The notes below the pieces were generated by a model that saw only the letters and a list, made by a program, of their open reading frames with translations, was not told where the DNA came from and searched no databases. Of a stretch of 64,000 nt of DNA, positions 38,089 through 47,669 are shown piece after piece (the stretch's first letter is position 1; each line of letters begins with the position of its first letter). The position numbers and the translations under genes were made by a program. The DNA comes from an uncultured cyanobacterium (GTDB lineage: Bacteria > Cyanobacteriota > Cyanobacteriia > Phormidesmidales > Phormidesmidaceae), in assembly GCA_963793265.1 (NCBI GenBank), contig CAWBZI010000006.1:640001-704000 (forward strand), written 5' to 3'.

Positions 38089-38976
38089 TTATGGTGATAA
38101 AAAAGTCATCACAAAGGCCAAACAAACCACGGCATTGCCCACCGGAATAAAAAAGTTGTCGGTGCCTCTTGGGGCTACTAGCTCGATTACGGTTGTGAGC
38201 GTGGCGATCGCCAGCGCTAAGCACCACCAGGGCAGCGGCAGTTGGTTAAAGCTAGCCACTAGCAGTAGCGGGATGAGGCTGCCGAAAAAGACTGCACTTG
38301 TGCCTAATACTGACTTACGGTTGATTTGGCCGATGCCCCAAACGTGTAGCTTTTGCTTGCCCCAAGTAGTGCCTACTAGCTCACCGAGCGCGTCGCCTAT
38401 CGTCAGCGGTAAAAAGACAAAGAAGGAGAACAGCACTAAGTTAGCCGGGTCGGCAACGCTGCCGCGAGCGAGATGATCAATCACTGCTAGCGGCAAAAGG
38501 TTCAGAAAAGAACAGCGTGCGGCAAATAGATTTTTGCGTCCGTAAACGCCATCTCGAATACGGCTAGAAGCGCCGTACATAAGCCCCGCCAGGCCATATA
38601 TTTTGTTTGAGTGATAGCTAATAATGCTCAGCCCCAGCACAAAAATTTGATAGGCCAGCGTTGCGATTAAGGCCACCTCTGTGTCTTTGATCACTAAGTT
38701 AAGAATGGCGAGCTGCCAGAAGCCAGCGACGATATGTAGCAGCTTACGAGAGAGTCCATCTACTACGCACAGCTTGCGATCACCATAGCGATCAACAAAG
38801 TAGTCGAGGTTGAAGTAGTGGGAGCGATCGGAGAACACGAGCTTGCGATCGCCCGAAGGCATCCCGATATAGGCCATCAGCTTCCACTTAAACCAGGCAA
38901 ACGCAGGATAAAGAATCAGAAGTTCTACGCCGAAAATAACGACATATATCAGCGCAATCGAAGAGAGATTTATCAT
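38089..38976 (-). CDS. Phytol/dolichol/diacylglycerol kinase-like (CTP-dependent) membrane protein
   Basis: SRKLLHI, GDALGELVG..WGK, KSVLGT, GTDNFFIP. ATG 38976 overlaps the MFS stop (TGATG). Confidence 0.7.
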   Translation of the reverse strand: MINLSSIALIYVVIFGVELLILYPAFAWFKWKLMAYIGMPSGDRKLVFSDRSHYFNLDYFVDRYGDRKLCVVDGLSRKLLHIVAGFWQLAILNLVIKDTEVALIATLAYQIFVLGLSIISYHSNKIYGLAGLMYGASSRIRDGVYGRKNLFAARCSFLNLLPLAVIDHLARGSVADPANLVLFSFFVFLPLTIGDALGELVGTTWGKQKLHVWGIGQINRKSVLGTSAVFFGSLIPLLLVASFNQLPLPWWCLALAIATLTTVIELVAPRGTDNFFIPVGNAVVCLAFVMTFLSP

Positions 38977-40568
38977 CAAAGAGAAGTCATTGTTTGAGTA
39001 GAACCGTCCGCATTTGGACTCGAACGAATGCAGGTAAAGCTCAGCCCTGCGCCGACTAATAGCGCGATGCCACAGGCCCACACCACGCTATGCAAGCCAG
39101 AAACAAACGCCTGATGAATTGTCTGCTCTAGGGTGACTAAAGAGACGGTTGAAGCATCACCTAAAGCCGCGAGCAGGCGATCAGGGCGGGTCGCCCCATG
39201 GCCCAGCGCTTCAGCAACAACAGCTTGCGCGGCGGCAGGCGCTAGGCCCAACTCAAAGAGCGATCGCCCCAAAGAGAGCCCGAGCCCCTGCGTAAACACG
39301 CTGCCCTGCACCGCAATTCCCAAAGCGCCCCCCAAGCGAGTACTGGTGTTCAACAAAGCGGCGGCAACCCCCGACTGGGCGGCGGGGGCACTCCCCATGC
39401 CCGCAGCCGTGAGCGGAGAGAGCGTGAAGCCTACGCCAAATCCTACGAGCATAAGCTGCCAAAGCATAGCGATGTAGGGCGTGTTTGCCTGCACCTGCCA
39501 GAGAGAAAGGACACCGACAGCCGCGAGTAAAAAGCCTGCTGTGATTGCTTTTCGCCAGCCTAGACGGGCGGAGGCGTAGCCCGAGACTATTGAGGCTAAA
39601 ATAAACGCGCCGTTAAGCGGTAAAAATCGTATGCCCGTCGCGACGGCTGAGTAGCCCTGTACCTGCTGTAGGAACAAGCTAAACAGAAATAACAGGCTCA
39701 CTAGCATAAAGAACAATAGGGCATTTACCACAATCGCACTGGCAAATGTCGGCTGTGAAAATAGCCTCAGCGGCAGCATCGGGTAGGCGCTGCGAGATTC
39801 GATGAAGATAAAGGCAGCAGCACTGCTGAGGGTGAGTAGTCCTAAGATGAGCGATCGCCCCGAGAACAAGCTTGCGCCCTCGCTGCCAGTCAGCATGGTC
39901 ACCAGTGTCGCCAGCGTGACGACGCTTAGCACCATCCCAGGGAAATCTAACCGCCGTTTTTGCAGCGATCGCCGCCCCATCTTTCTGCTCATCGGCACCG
40001 CCCGGCAAGTTAGCCAAAAGGTCGCTACGCCCAAAGGCACGTTCAGAAAAAAGATACTTCGCCAGCCCAAACTATCGACCAAAACGCCACCTAAAGCAGG
40101 CCCAACAATCAGCGCCAACCCCGATACGCCCGACCAGATACCAATCGCCTTAGTTCTCTCTTTTGGGTTAGGAAACACATCGGACAAAATTGCGAGCGAT
40201 GTGGGCAGTAGAGCCGCTGCGCCAATGCCCTGTAACAGGCGTCCTGCGATCGCCATTTGCCCGCCTGCCGCCAGCCCCACCCAAACCGAAGCGCCGACAA
40301 ATACCAGCAGCCCCAACAAAAAGACTTGCCTGCGCCCGTACATGTCCCCTAACAAACCCGCAGGCAGCACCAAACAAGCAATCGGCAACAGATAGCCATT
40401 CAGCATCCATTGCAGCCCAGTAACAGACAGGCCCAAATTAGCCTGCAGGCTTGGCAGCGCCACATTCACCACCGTATCGTCAAGCGCTGACATGCCCAAA
40501 GCAAGGCACATAGCTATCAGGGTCATTGTTTGAGTTTTGGTAGAAACACCTTCAGCCGTAAGCGTCAT
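38976..40568 (-). CDS. DHA2 MFS exporter (3 of 3)
   Basis: LDDTVVNVALP, LGDMYGRR, WRSIFFLNVPLG. ATGA overlap with the upstream GT. Confidence 0.9.
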   Translation of the reverse strand: MTLTAEGVSTKTQTMTLIAMCLALGMSALDDTVVNVALPSLQANLGLSVTGLQWMLNGYLLPIACLVLPAGLLGDMYGRRQVFLLGLLVFVGASVWVGLAAGGQMAIAGRLLQGIGAAALLPTSLAILSDVFPNPKERTKAIGIWSGVSGLALIVGPALGGVLVDSLGWRSIFFLNVPLGVATFWLTCRAVPMSRKMGRRSLQKRRLDFPGMVLSVVTLATLVTMLTGSEGASLFSGRSLILGLLTLSSAAAFIFIESRSAYPMLPLRLFSQPTFASAIVVNALLFFMLVSLLFLFSLFLQQVQGYSAVATGIRFLPLNGAFILASIVSGYASARLGWRKAITAGFLLAAVGVLSLWQVQANTPYIAMLWQLMLVGFGVGFTLSPLTAAGMGSAPAAQSGVAAALLNTSTRLGGALGIAVQGSVFTQGLGLSLGRSLFELGLAPAAAQAVVAEALGHGATRPDRLLAALGDASTVSLVTLEQTIHQAFVSGLHSVVWACGIALLVGAGLSFTCIRSSPNADGSTQTMTSL

Positions 40569-41806
40569 GGGGCTTGCCTGGCAGGAGAGCATAATACGGG
40601 AGCCGCTTCACTCGCCTGACTATCAGCCAAACGCGCCTGTAAAAGATCTAGCACCTCAAAAATGCCGTTGTTCTCAAGCGCTGCTGCATTCGCCCGATAG
40701 CGCTCCAAGGTCGAACCATCGAGTAACTGTTCGACCGCTTTGGGCACCTGCTTAAAACTCTTAAGCACAATACCTACCGCTTTCTCTTTTACCCAGTCGG
40801 TGTTGTAGCGCTCGTGAATCAAAGTGGCTCTATTACACTCTGTAATCACCGGCAGATTCATCACCAGCGCTTCGCTCAGGCTACCGGGGCCAGGCTTACC
40901 AATAAAAAAGTCCGAGAGCTGCATGTAGTAGGGCATATCTTCGGTAAAGGCAACCACGTGCCGCTGCTGCTCTCCCGGTAGCTGCTTTAGCGCGTCCGCT
41001 AGCGCTTCGTTGCGGCCACACACAAAAATAAGCTGGAGGTCGCGCTCAAATCGCTCTAGACTTTCGGCAATATCCACCATCACCTGAGCCCCGTTACCGC
41101 CAAACATCACAATGCCCGTCAGCTTGTCAGCAGCGAGTCCCAGCTTTTGCCGCTCAGCAGCAATGTCTAGCTCAGGGCACTGATAGAACTTGGGGTGAAG
41201 CATCATGCCCGAAGATTTCATGAGAAGAGAGTCATCGACGCCTAGCGTTTGGGCTTGTGCGATCGCCTTCTCAGTCGCGCAAACAGTCGTACAGCTTGCC
41301 TCTGGCTCTAGCCAAAAAGCCGGTGGGTAGTCAGCCAAATCACCCATCACCGTCACGTAAGGCACGCCCGGCCTGGCCGCTTCAAGACTTTTCGAGAGCC
41401 CTTTGTTGTACAGCGGCATCACCGACACCACCAAATCAGGCTGTTGCTTGCGCCAGTGCTGCTCAAAAAACCGAAAGCCCACGTCATAGTTCAGCGCCAC
41501 CATGAACTTATTAAGCCGCATTTTCAGCGGCCACATCCAAGTCCAGCCGCTCTTGAGCATCAGATTGTACAAATCATGGCCGCTCATGCCAAACAGCTCA
41601 TAGGCATTTTGAATCTCATTTTGCGCGGTCAGCTCAGTGATGATCTCATCCATATCTGTCGCCTGAAATTCCCAAGGCAGATCCCTTTGTTCAGCCGCCG
41701 CTTTTAGCGCTCGGTAAGCCGCATAGTGTCCGCCACCGCCTTGCCCTGTGACAACATTTACTTTTAACTTTTTTTGAGAGACGGTTGAAACCATCGGTTG
41801 TATCAT
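40565..41806 (-). CDS. GT28 MGDG-synthase-like glycosyltransferase (3 of 4)
   Basis: GQGGGGH, PDLVVSVMP, FGGNG, IGKPGPGSLSEA; close paralogue of 20243-21457. Confidence 0.85.
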   Translation of the reverse strand: MIQPMVSTVSQKKLKVNVVTGQGGGGHYAAYRALKAAAEQRDLPWEFQATDMDEIITELTAQNEIQNAYELFGMSGHDLYNLMLKSGWTWMWPLKMRLNKFMVALNYDVGFRFFEQHWRKQQPDLVVSVMPLYNKGLSKSLEAARPGVPYVTVMGDLADYPPAFWLEPEASCTTVCATEKAIAQAQTLGVDDSLLMKSSGMMLHPKFYQCPELDIAAERQKLGLAADKLTGIVMFGGNGAQVMVDIAESLERFERDLQLIFVCGRNEALADALKQLPGEQQRHVVAFTEDMPYYMQLSDFFIGKPGPGSLSEALVMNLPVITECNRATLIHERYNTDWVKEKAVGIVLKSFKQVPKAVEQLLDGSTLERYRANAAALENNGIFEVLDLLQARLADSQASEAAPVLCSPARQAP

Positions 41807-41906
41807 TGTTTTACCCTATGAGTCGAATTACTACTACACATCTTGTCTCAGAGCCCCAAAGTGGGGACGGGGGCCAGCAAATAACTAATTTTTCTCTAAA
41901 AACTTG

Positions 41907-43046
41907 TCATACCAAAGCCGGTTGCCGCGCAATCTCTTTTTCAAAGATCCCCAGCGCTCGAATAACCGCCTGATCCATGTTGTAATACTTGTAATCGCCC
42001 AAGCGGCCTGCAAACAAAACGCTGCCGTTGAGCTTTTTAGCGTCTTTAAGATAGAGAGAAAGGCGATCGCGATTTTCAGCTCTTGGAATGGGATAATACG
42101 GATCGTTTCGCCCTGGAATATACGCCTGTGGAAACTCTCTTACAAGCGTCGTCTTTGGCGAAACCTGGCCCGTCAGATACTTCTGCTCAGTAATACGAGT
42201 AATGTCATAGTCGTTAGGATAGTTCACCGTTCCTACTTCCTGATAAAACGCCTGATCCAACGTTTCAAAACGAAAGTCAATACTGCGGTAGGGCATTTCC
42301 CCATGAGCATAGTCAAAGAAGGCGTCAATCGGCCCGGTGCACACCGCTCGATTAAAAGAGATATCGTCTATCACCTCTTTATAGTCCGTATTAAGTAAAA
42401 CCTTGATGTTGGGATGATTGAGCATCTGCCCAAACATTTCGGTGTAGCCCTGCTTTGGCATCGCCTGATAGGGATCTTGAAAATAGCGATCGTCCCGGCT
42501 GATATAAATCGGTACCCGCGCCGTAACGCCACTATCTAGCTCCTCTGGCCTCAGGTTCCACTGCTTTTGCGTATAGCGCAAAAATACATTGTCGTAAATG
42601 TAGTCGGCCAAAAAGCCCAGGTCGCCGCTACTAGACTCCTTGAGCTTCAATATCGGCACCTTTTTACCAAAGCCAAAGTTTTGCAGCAAAAGCCCTTCTA
42701 GCTTTTCGGCATAGCTCGGTGGAAACAGCGCGTACAGCGTATTGAGGTTAAACGGAATCGGTACTTTTTTACCCTCAACGACGCCTAGCACATGATGATA
42801 GTAAGGTCGCCACTGCGTAAATTGAGACAGATAGTCCCACACTTCTTTAGACTTTGTGTGAAAAATGTGCGGCCCGTATTTATGAATTAAATGGCCGTGC
42901 TCGTTGTAGTAGTCATAGGCATTTCCCCCAATATGATTGCGCTTTTCAACAATTAGCACCCGCTGCTCAAGCTGAGTTGCAATCCGTTCAGCGAGCACAC
43001 AGGCCGAGTAGCCCGCCCCAATTATCAACCAGTCAAATTTCATCAT
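41907..43046 (-). CDS. glf: UDP-galactopyranose mutase
   Basis: IGGNAYD, HKYGPHIFHT, PYYP, GRLGDYKYYNMDQ. Confidence 0.96.
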   Translation of the reverse strand: MMKFDWLIIGAGYSACVLAERIATQLEQRVLIVEKRNHIGGNAYDYYNEHGHLIHKYGPHIFHTKSKEVWDYLSQFTQWRPYYHHVLGVVEGKKVPIPFNLNTLYALFPPSYAEKLEGLLLQNFGFGKKVPILKLKESSSGDLGFLADYIYDNVFLRYTQKQWNLRPEELDSGVTARVPIYISRDDRYFQDPYQAMPKQGYTEMFGQMLNHPNIKVLLNTDYKEVIDDISFNRAVCTGPIDAFFDYAHGEMPYRSIDFRFETLDQAFYQEVGTVNYPNDYDITRITEQKYLTGQVSPKTTLVREFPQAYIPGRNDPYYPIPRAENRDRLSLYLKDAKKLNGSVLFAGRLGDYKYYNMDQAVIRALGIFEKEIARQPALV

Positions 43047-43070
43047 GCTAATCCACGCAACAATATTTTT

Positions 43071-44708
43071 CTAACGAAACGCCACCGTAACCACGTTTGA
43101 ATCCCTTTGGCCATCCGACCGTTCGACGACCGGCTCATCCACCGCCCACCCCGCCGCGCCCGATAGCCGCTGCACCAGATGCTCGGCAACTCGAATAGCG
43201 TTTGCAACAATTGTCAGCGTCGGATTCAGCGCCGCACTAGACGGAAAAAAGCTGCCGTCTACCACATAGAGATTGTCTACATCGTGCGTTTGGCAGTTTA
43301 GATCAAGCACCGAAGTCTGCGGATCTTCTCCAAACCGGCAGGTGCCGCACTGATGTCCGACATCCTTCAGCTCCATTTCTGTTGTGAAGGTCACCGACAG
43401 CGGATCGAGAGACTTTAGCACGCCCTTCCAGCGCTCAATTAGGCGATTAAACGCCTCGTCGTTATTTGGCGTATACTCCAACACAATTTTGCTCTCTTCA
43501 CCAGCACCCTCTAGCCGAATTCGATTGTTTAAATCGGGTAAATCTTCTCCGATTAAAAACCAGGGTGTCGTTCTAGCCGCCGCTGCCTTGAAAATTGCCA
43601 TTGGAATTAGCTTGCTAGGAATAAACGGCGGACTGCTAGTAGCCGCGCGCTCAGCGTTAACGTCTCCAAGCGTTTGAATGTGACCCATAGGATAAGGAAA
43701 GTCTGCCTCGCCCCAGTAATAGTCATTAATCGCCATAGTTTTTGAATAAACTGTCGGGTTCGGCCTGAGCCCCAGTGAAACTAGCGCGCAAATCTTGTGA
43801 CGCATGAAGTTACGCCCAACCAGATCAGAACTGTTGGCTAGGCCATTCGGATGCTGTTCGTTAGCAGAGCGCAAAAGCAGCACCGCCGAGTTGAGCGCGC
43901 CTGCTGAGACAACAACAATATCGGCAGAGAATAAGTAAGTCTCGCCGTTTATTTGAGTCTCTACAGCCGTCACCTTTTTACCCGTCGCGTCCGTGTGCAG
44001 CCGGGTCACCTTAGCGTGCGTCTTAAGCGTGACGTTGGGATACATCATCGTCGGCCTGATCCCATTCACATCTCCGTCAGCTTTGGCATTCACCATGCAA
44101 GGAAACCCATCGCAGGTTTCACAGCGCACGCACTCACTTAAAGATCTATTTGCCTCATTGAGCTTCAGGCCCAAAGGCTGATAGGCAGGATGAAGTCCTT
44201 TCGCCTTGAGCGCTTCACCAATTTCAGCAATCCGGGGCTCGTGGCTAATCGGTGGGAACGGGAACGGTGAATCGCTTGGGGGTTCAGTGGGGTCAGTATC
44301 GCGCAAGCCGTGCACATCAAAGAGCTTTTCGGCCTCGGTGTAATAGGGCTCAAAGTCGCTGTACTTTAGCGGCCATTCAGGCGAAATGCCGCCCTTGTGC
44401 TCCACTTCATCAAAGTCTCTTTCGCGCAGGCGGTAGTGGGCGCTACCGTAAAACTTAGTGTTGCCACCGACAAAATAGTGCGTAAAGGGGCGAAAAGGAT
44501 TGCCGTCTTTGTCGTACCATTCTTCGGCAGTGCGGTAGCGATCGCGCCCATACACTGCTTCCGCATCCCAATTCTCTTTTTCTCTCGGCAAAAAACCACC
44601 GCGCTCTAGCACCAGCACCTTTTTCCCACTCGGCGCAAGCACTCTAGCCAAAGTTCCCCCGGCGGCTCCAGTGCCGATGATGATGATGTCGTAGTCGGTG
44701 CTTTGCAT
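43071..44708 (-). CDS. GMC oxidoreductase with Cys-rich Fe-S-type motif
   Basis: GTGAAG, VGGNTKFYG, CVRCETCDGFPC, VGHQCGT, NPTLT. Confidence 0.88.
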   Translation of the reverse strand: MQSTDYDIIIIGTGAAGGTLARVLAPSGKKVLVLERGGFLPREKENWDAEAVYGRDRYRTAEEWYDKDGNPFRPFTHYFVGGNTKFYGSAHYRLRERDFDEVEHKGGISPEWPLKYSDFEPYYTEAEKLFDVHGLRDTDPTEPPSDSPFPFPPISHEPRIAEIGEALKAKGLHPAYQPLGLKLNEANRSLSECVRCETCDGFPCMVNAKADGDVNGIRPTMMYPNVTLKTHAKVTRLHTDATGKKVTAVETQINGETYLFSADIVVVSAGALNSAVLLLRSANEQHPNGLANSSDLVGRNFMRHKICALVSLGLRPNPTVYSKTMAINDYYWGEADFPYPMGHIQTLGDVNAERAATSSPPFIPSKLIPMAIFKAAAARTTPWFLIGEDLPDLNNRIRLEGAGEESKIVLEYTPNNDEAFNRLIERWKGVLKSLDPLSVTFTTEMELKDVGHQCGTCRFGEDPQTSVLDLNCQTHDVDNLYVVDGSFFPSSAALNPTLTIVANAIRVAEHLVQRLSGAAGWAVDEPVVERSDGQRDSNVVTVAFR

Positions 44709-44746
44709 AGTTGTGTTCCTTAAGATAATCCCTTTATCGAATCGAG

Positions 44747-45589
44747 CTAAACAGTCAGCACTGCCTTATCAGCTTCCTTCTCCATTTGCCTTTGCGCACA
44801 GTCTTTATTTGTCTCCACAACGCCCACCTTGCGCAAAATGCGATCGCTCAACTCAGGCGAAAACTGAGAAAGCGCTACAAATACCTTATTCGTCAAACCG
44901 TCCAGCATCACCTCGGGCTGATTCTGCAAAATCACCTGAACCACCACATCCGCAACAGCCTCAGGCGGCGTCACCTTCATCCCCTCAGGAGCCTCTGTTT
45001 CCAAAGCGTGAAACATCCCCGCGTCCGTAATCCCAGGGCACACCACCGAAACATTTACAGGCGAATCCGACAGCTCCAGCCGCACCCCTTCCGACCAGTT
45101 AATCAGCGCCGCTTTCGTCGCAGAATACACGCTGTTAAAGGGCGCGCCTCGCTTACCGGCTCCCGAGGAGATGTTGACAATGTGCCCTGAAGCTCTAGCC
45201 AACATGTCAGGTAGGAGCAGGCGAGCCAGCGCCATCGGAGCCAAAATATTAGTTGCCGTCATCGTTTGAATGTCGTCTAGCGAATAGTTTTGAAAGGCTC
45301 GAAACTTCTCAATAGCCGCGTTGTTGATCAGCACGTCTACTGACCCCATGCGCTGTTCTATTTCACTGACTAAATCAGGCATGTCTTGGATGTTTTGCAG
45401 GTCGAAAGGGAGCGCGATCGCCCGGCACCCGCTGTCTTCCAAAGTTTGAACAAGGGCATCCAAAGGCGCAGGCGATCGCCCCACGCACACCACATTCGCC
45501 TTTTGATCAGCTAGAGCCTTTGCGATCACACTCCCAATACCGCCAGCCGCGCCCGTCAATAAAACAGTTTTTTGAGCCAGTGTTTTCAC
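44747..45589 (-). CDS. Short-chain dehydrogenase/reductase
   Basis: TGAAGGIG, NNAA, YSATK. Confidence 0.92.
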   Translation of the reverse strand: MKTLAQKTVLLTGAAGGIGSVIAKALADQKANVVCVGRSPAPLDALVQTLEDSGCRAIALPFDLQNIQDMPDLVSEIEQRMGSVDVLINNAAIEKFRAFQNYSLDDIQTMTATNILAPMALARLLLPDMLARASGHIVNISSGAGKRGAPFNSVYSATKAALINWSEGVRLELSDSPVNVSVVCPGITDAGMFHALETEAPEGMKVTPPEAVADVVVQVILQNQPEVMLDGLTNKVFVALSQFSPELSDRILRKVGVVETNKDCAQRQMEKEADKAVLTV

Positions 45590-45594
45590 AATTA

Positions 45595-46770
45595 CTATCT
45601 CCGAGAAAGATTGAGTTCTACAGGTTGAGCCACTTCAGGTTGCCAGAGGTCGTCACTAGAAAGAATCTCTTCTAAAATGTCTACGACTTCAAAAGCGGCC
45701 CGGTTACGATAGCCGTTCACACGGGCCTGCACTTGGGCAAACCTCTCAGGCTGCAACAGCGCCGCTAATGCCTCGTCTATCTGCCCAAAGCTAGACACCA
45801 CCGTACCAAAGTCGTTTTGCCTCAGCCAGTCAGCCGTGGCCCGCTCTTGAAAAAGGGTCATCACGTTGTTGCATTCGGTGACCACAGGCAGGCCCAGTGC
45901 GATCGCCTCACTCACCCCAACGCTCCCCGGCTTGCCTATAAAGAAATCAGCCGTCTTCATCAAAGTCGGTAGCTCCTTAGTAAAGCCTTCTACGTGCTTG
46001 ACATAGCGAGTCGGCAGCTCTCGTAGCGCCTCAGCAAGCCGCTGATTACGACCGCACACAAAAATAAGCTGTAGCGGCTGATTGCCCTCGTTTAGCCGCT
46101 GAGCAATCTCCAACATTTCCTGCGATCCGTGGCTACCAAAGCACACCAGCCCCGTTGGCAAATCAGGGTGCAGCCCTAGCCTCTGCCGTTGGGCCACCGG
46201 ATCGACCGTGACCGGCTGATCGTAGCGGGGATGAATCACCACGCCCGAGGTATGAAAAAGACTCTCATCCGCATAGCCCATTGCTTTCGCCTGCTGTGCG
46301 ACCGTAGCAGAAGGGCAGATCATGAGCTGGTCTTGAGGCTCGATCCAGAAGTGTTCAGGGCAGTCGGCAAAGTCTGTTACAGAGGTGATAAAAGGCGTGC
46401 CCGGCAGCGCTTTCCCGACGCTTTCGCACAGCACCCGATTCATCAGGGGCATTAATGAAACCACCATATCGGGCTGCTGCTGCTGCCAGTATTTTGTCAG
46501 CTTCTTCATCCATATGCTGTGCATAACCTGAATGCGAGCTTTGAAAATCGGCACAGAAATTGGATCGTTGATCCGCTTGGCCCACTTGCGTTTGAGAATC
46601 CAGGTGTTGTAAAAGTGCTGTGCAAACGTGGTGTCTAAAACATCTTCGAGCACTTCCACAATTTCGACCTGCCAGGGCAAACCGCGACTCTCAATTACTT
46701 CTTTTAGCGCATTAGCGGTACTGCGATGCCCTGCGCCCATATCGTAAATTGCGAAGATTACTTTTTTCAT
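45595..46770 (-). CDS. GT28 MGDG-synthase-like glycosyltransferase (4 of 4)
   Basis: MGAGHRSTA, PDMVVS, CGRN, IGKPG..VSEA, QE. Confidence 0.85.
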   Translation of the reverse strand: MKKVIFAIYDMGAGHRSTANALKEVIESRGLPWQVEIVEVLEDVLDTTFAQHFYNTWILKRKWAKRINDPISVPIFKARIQVMHSIWMKKLTKYWQQQQPDMVVSLMPLMNRVLCESVGKALPGTPFITSVTDFADCPEHFWIEPQDQLMICPSATVAQQAKAMGYADESLFHTSGVVIHPRYDQPVTVDPVAQRQRLGLHPDLPTGLVCFGSHGSQEMLEIAQRLNEGNQPLQLIFVCGRNQRLAEALRELPTRYVKHVEGFTKELPTLMKTADFFIGKPGSVGVSEAIALGLPVVTECNNVMTLFQERATADWLRQNDFGTVVSSFGQIDEALAALLQPERFAQVQARVNGYRNRAAFEVVDILEEILSSDDLWQPEVAQPVELNLSRR

Positions 46771-47669
46771 AATGAAGTTAGAGGAGTCGGTTGTTTTACG
46801 GGAGCAGGCAGCGGAACTTCTTTGCAGGCTGTTGATTGGTTGGCCTTCTGACGATTGCTTTGAGTGATACCAAGCCAGTCGTTAGAAAGGTCGGCTAGCA
46901 CAGGAAAAATCTGTTCTAGCGCCAGCAGCAGTCGAGTCACAGCTTCTATCCCCCAGTTTTGATTGACAATTACCTCACGGCGGCGATGCAATACCGCATT
47001 GAGAACAGCTTTTGCCACGGTTTGAGAGTGCGATCGCCCCGCCAAAAAAGGCGCTTCTACCCCGGTATCAGCCAGCATCCCCTGGTCAACTACATACCCT
47101 GGACAAATGGCAGACACGCCAATTTGCGAACCAGCAAGCTCCTGGCGCAAAGAGTGATTCCACATCAACAGACCAGCCTTACTTGCCGCATAGGCGCTGT
47201 CAAAGGGATGGCCTTTCTTACTTGCCAAAGAGGCCATATTCACCACATGCCCCTCACCGTTCATCTGCGGCAACAGCAGCCGAGTCAGCGCCATCGCCGC
47301 CAGCAAATTCACCCGAACCACGCGCTCTATCTCGTCTAATCCATAGTCTTGAAAGGCTCGGTAGATTTCAATACCAGCATTGTTGATCAAGATATCAACC
47401 CGGCCCGACGCCATGTTCTTAGCCCGCTGATCAATCTGCCGGGAAAGCTCAGGTATGCGAGCAGTCTCGTTGAGATCGAAAGCAATACCGACCGCCTGCA
47501 CACCATATAGCTCAACGCTTGCTTGCCAGCTATCTAGCTGAGATTGAGATCTGGCAATGCCGATAATGTGGACACCCTGCTGCGCAAAAGCTCTCGAAAT
47601 CTCTAAGCCAATACCGCGCGAGGCTCCGGTCAATACGGCTGTTTTTCCTGACAGTGATAGTCTGTTCAC
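46767..47669 (-). CDS. Short-chain dehydrogenase/reductase
   Basis: TGASRGIG, NNAG, YAASK. Confidence 0.92.
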   Translation of the reverse strand: MNRLSLSGKTAVLTGASRGIGLEISRAFAQQGVHIIGIARSQSQLDSWQASVELYGVQAVGIAFDLNETARIPELSRQIDQRAKNMASGRVDILINNAGIEIYRAFQDYGLDEIERVVRVNLLAAMALTRLLLPQMNGEGHVVNMASLASKKGHPFDSAYAASKAGLLMWNHSLRQELAGSQIGVSAICPGYVVDQGMLADTGVEAPFLAGRSHSQTVAKAVLNAVLHRRREVIVNQNWGIEAVTRLLLALEQIFPVLADLSNDWLGITQSNRQKANQSTACKEVPLPAPVKQPTPLTSL

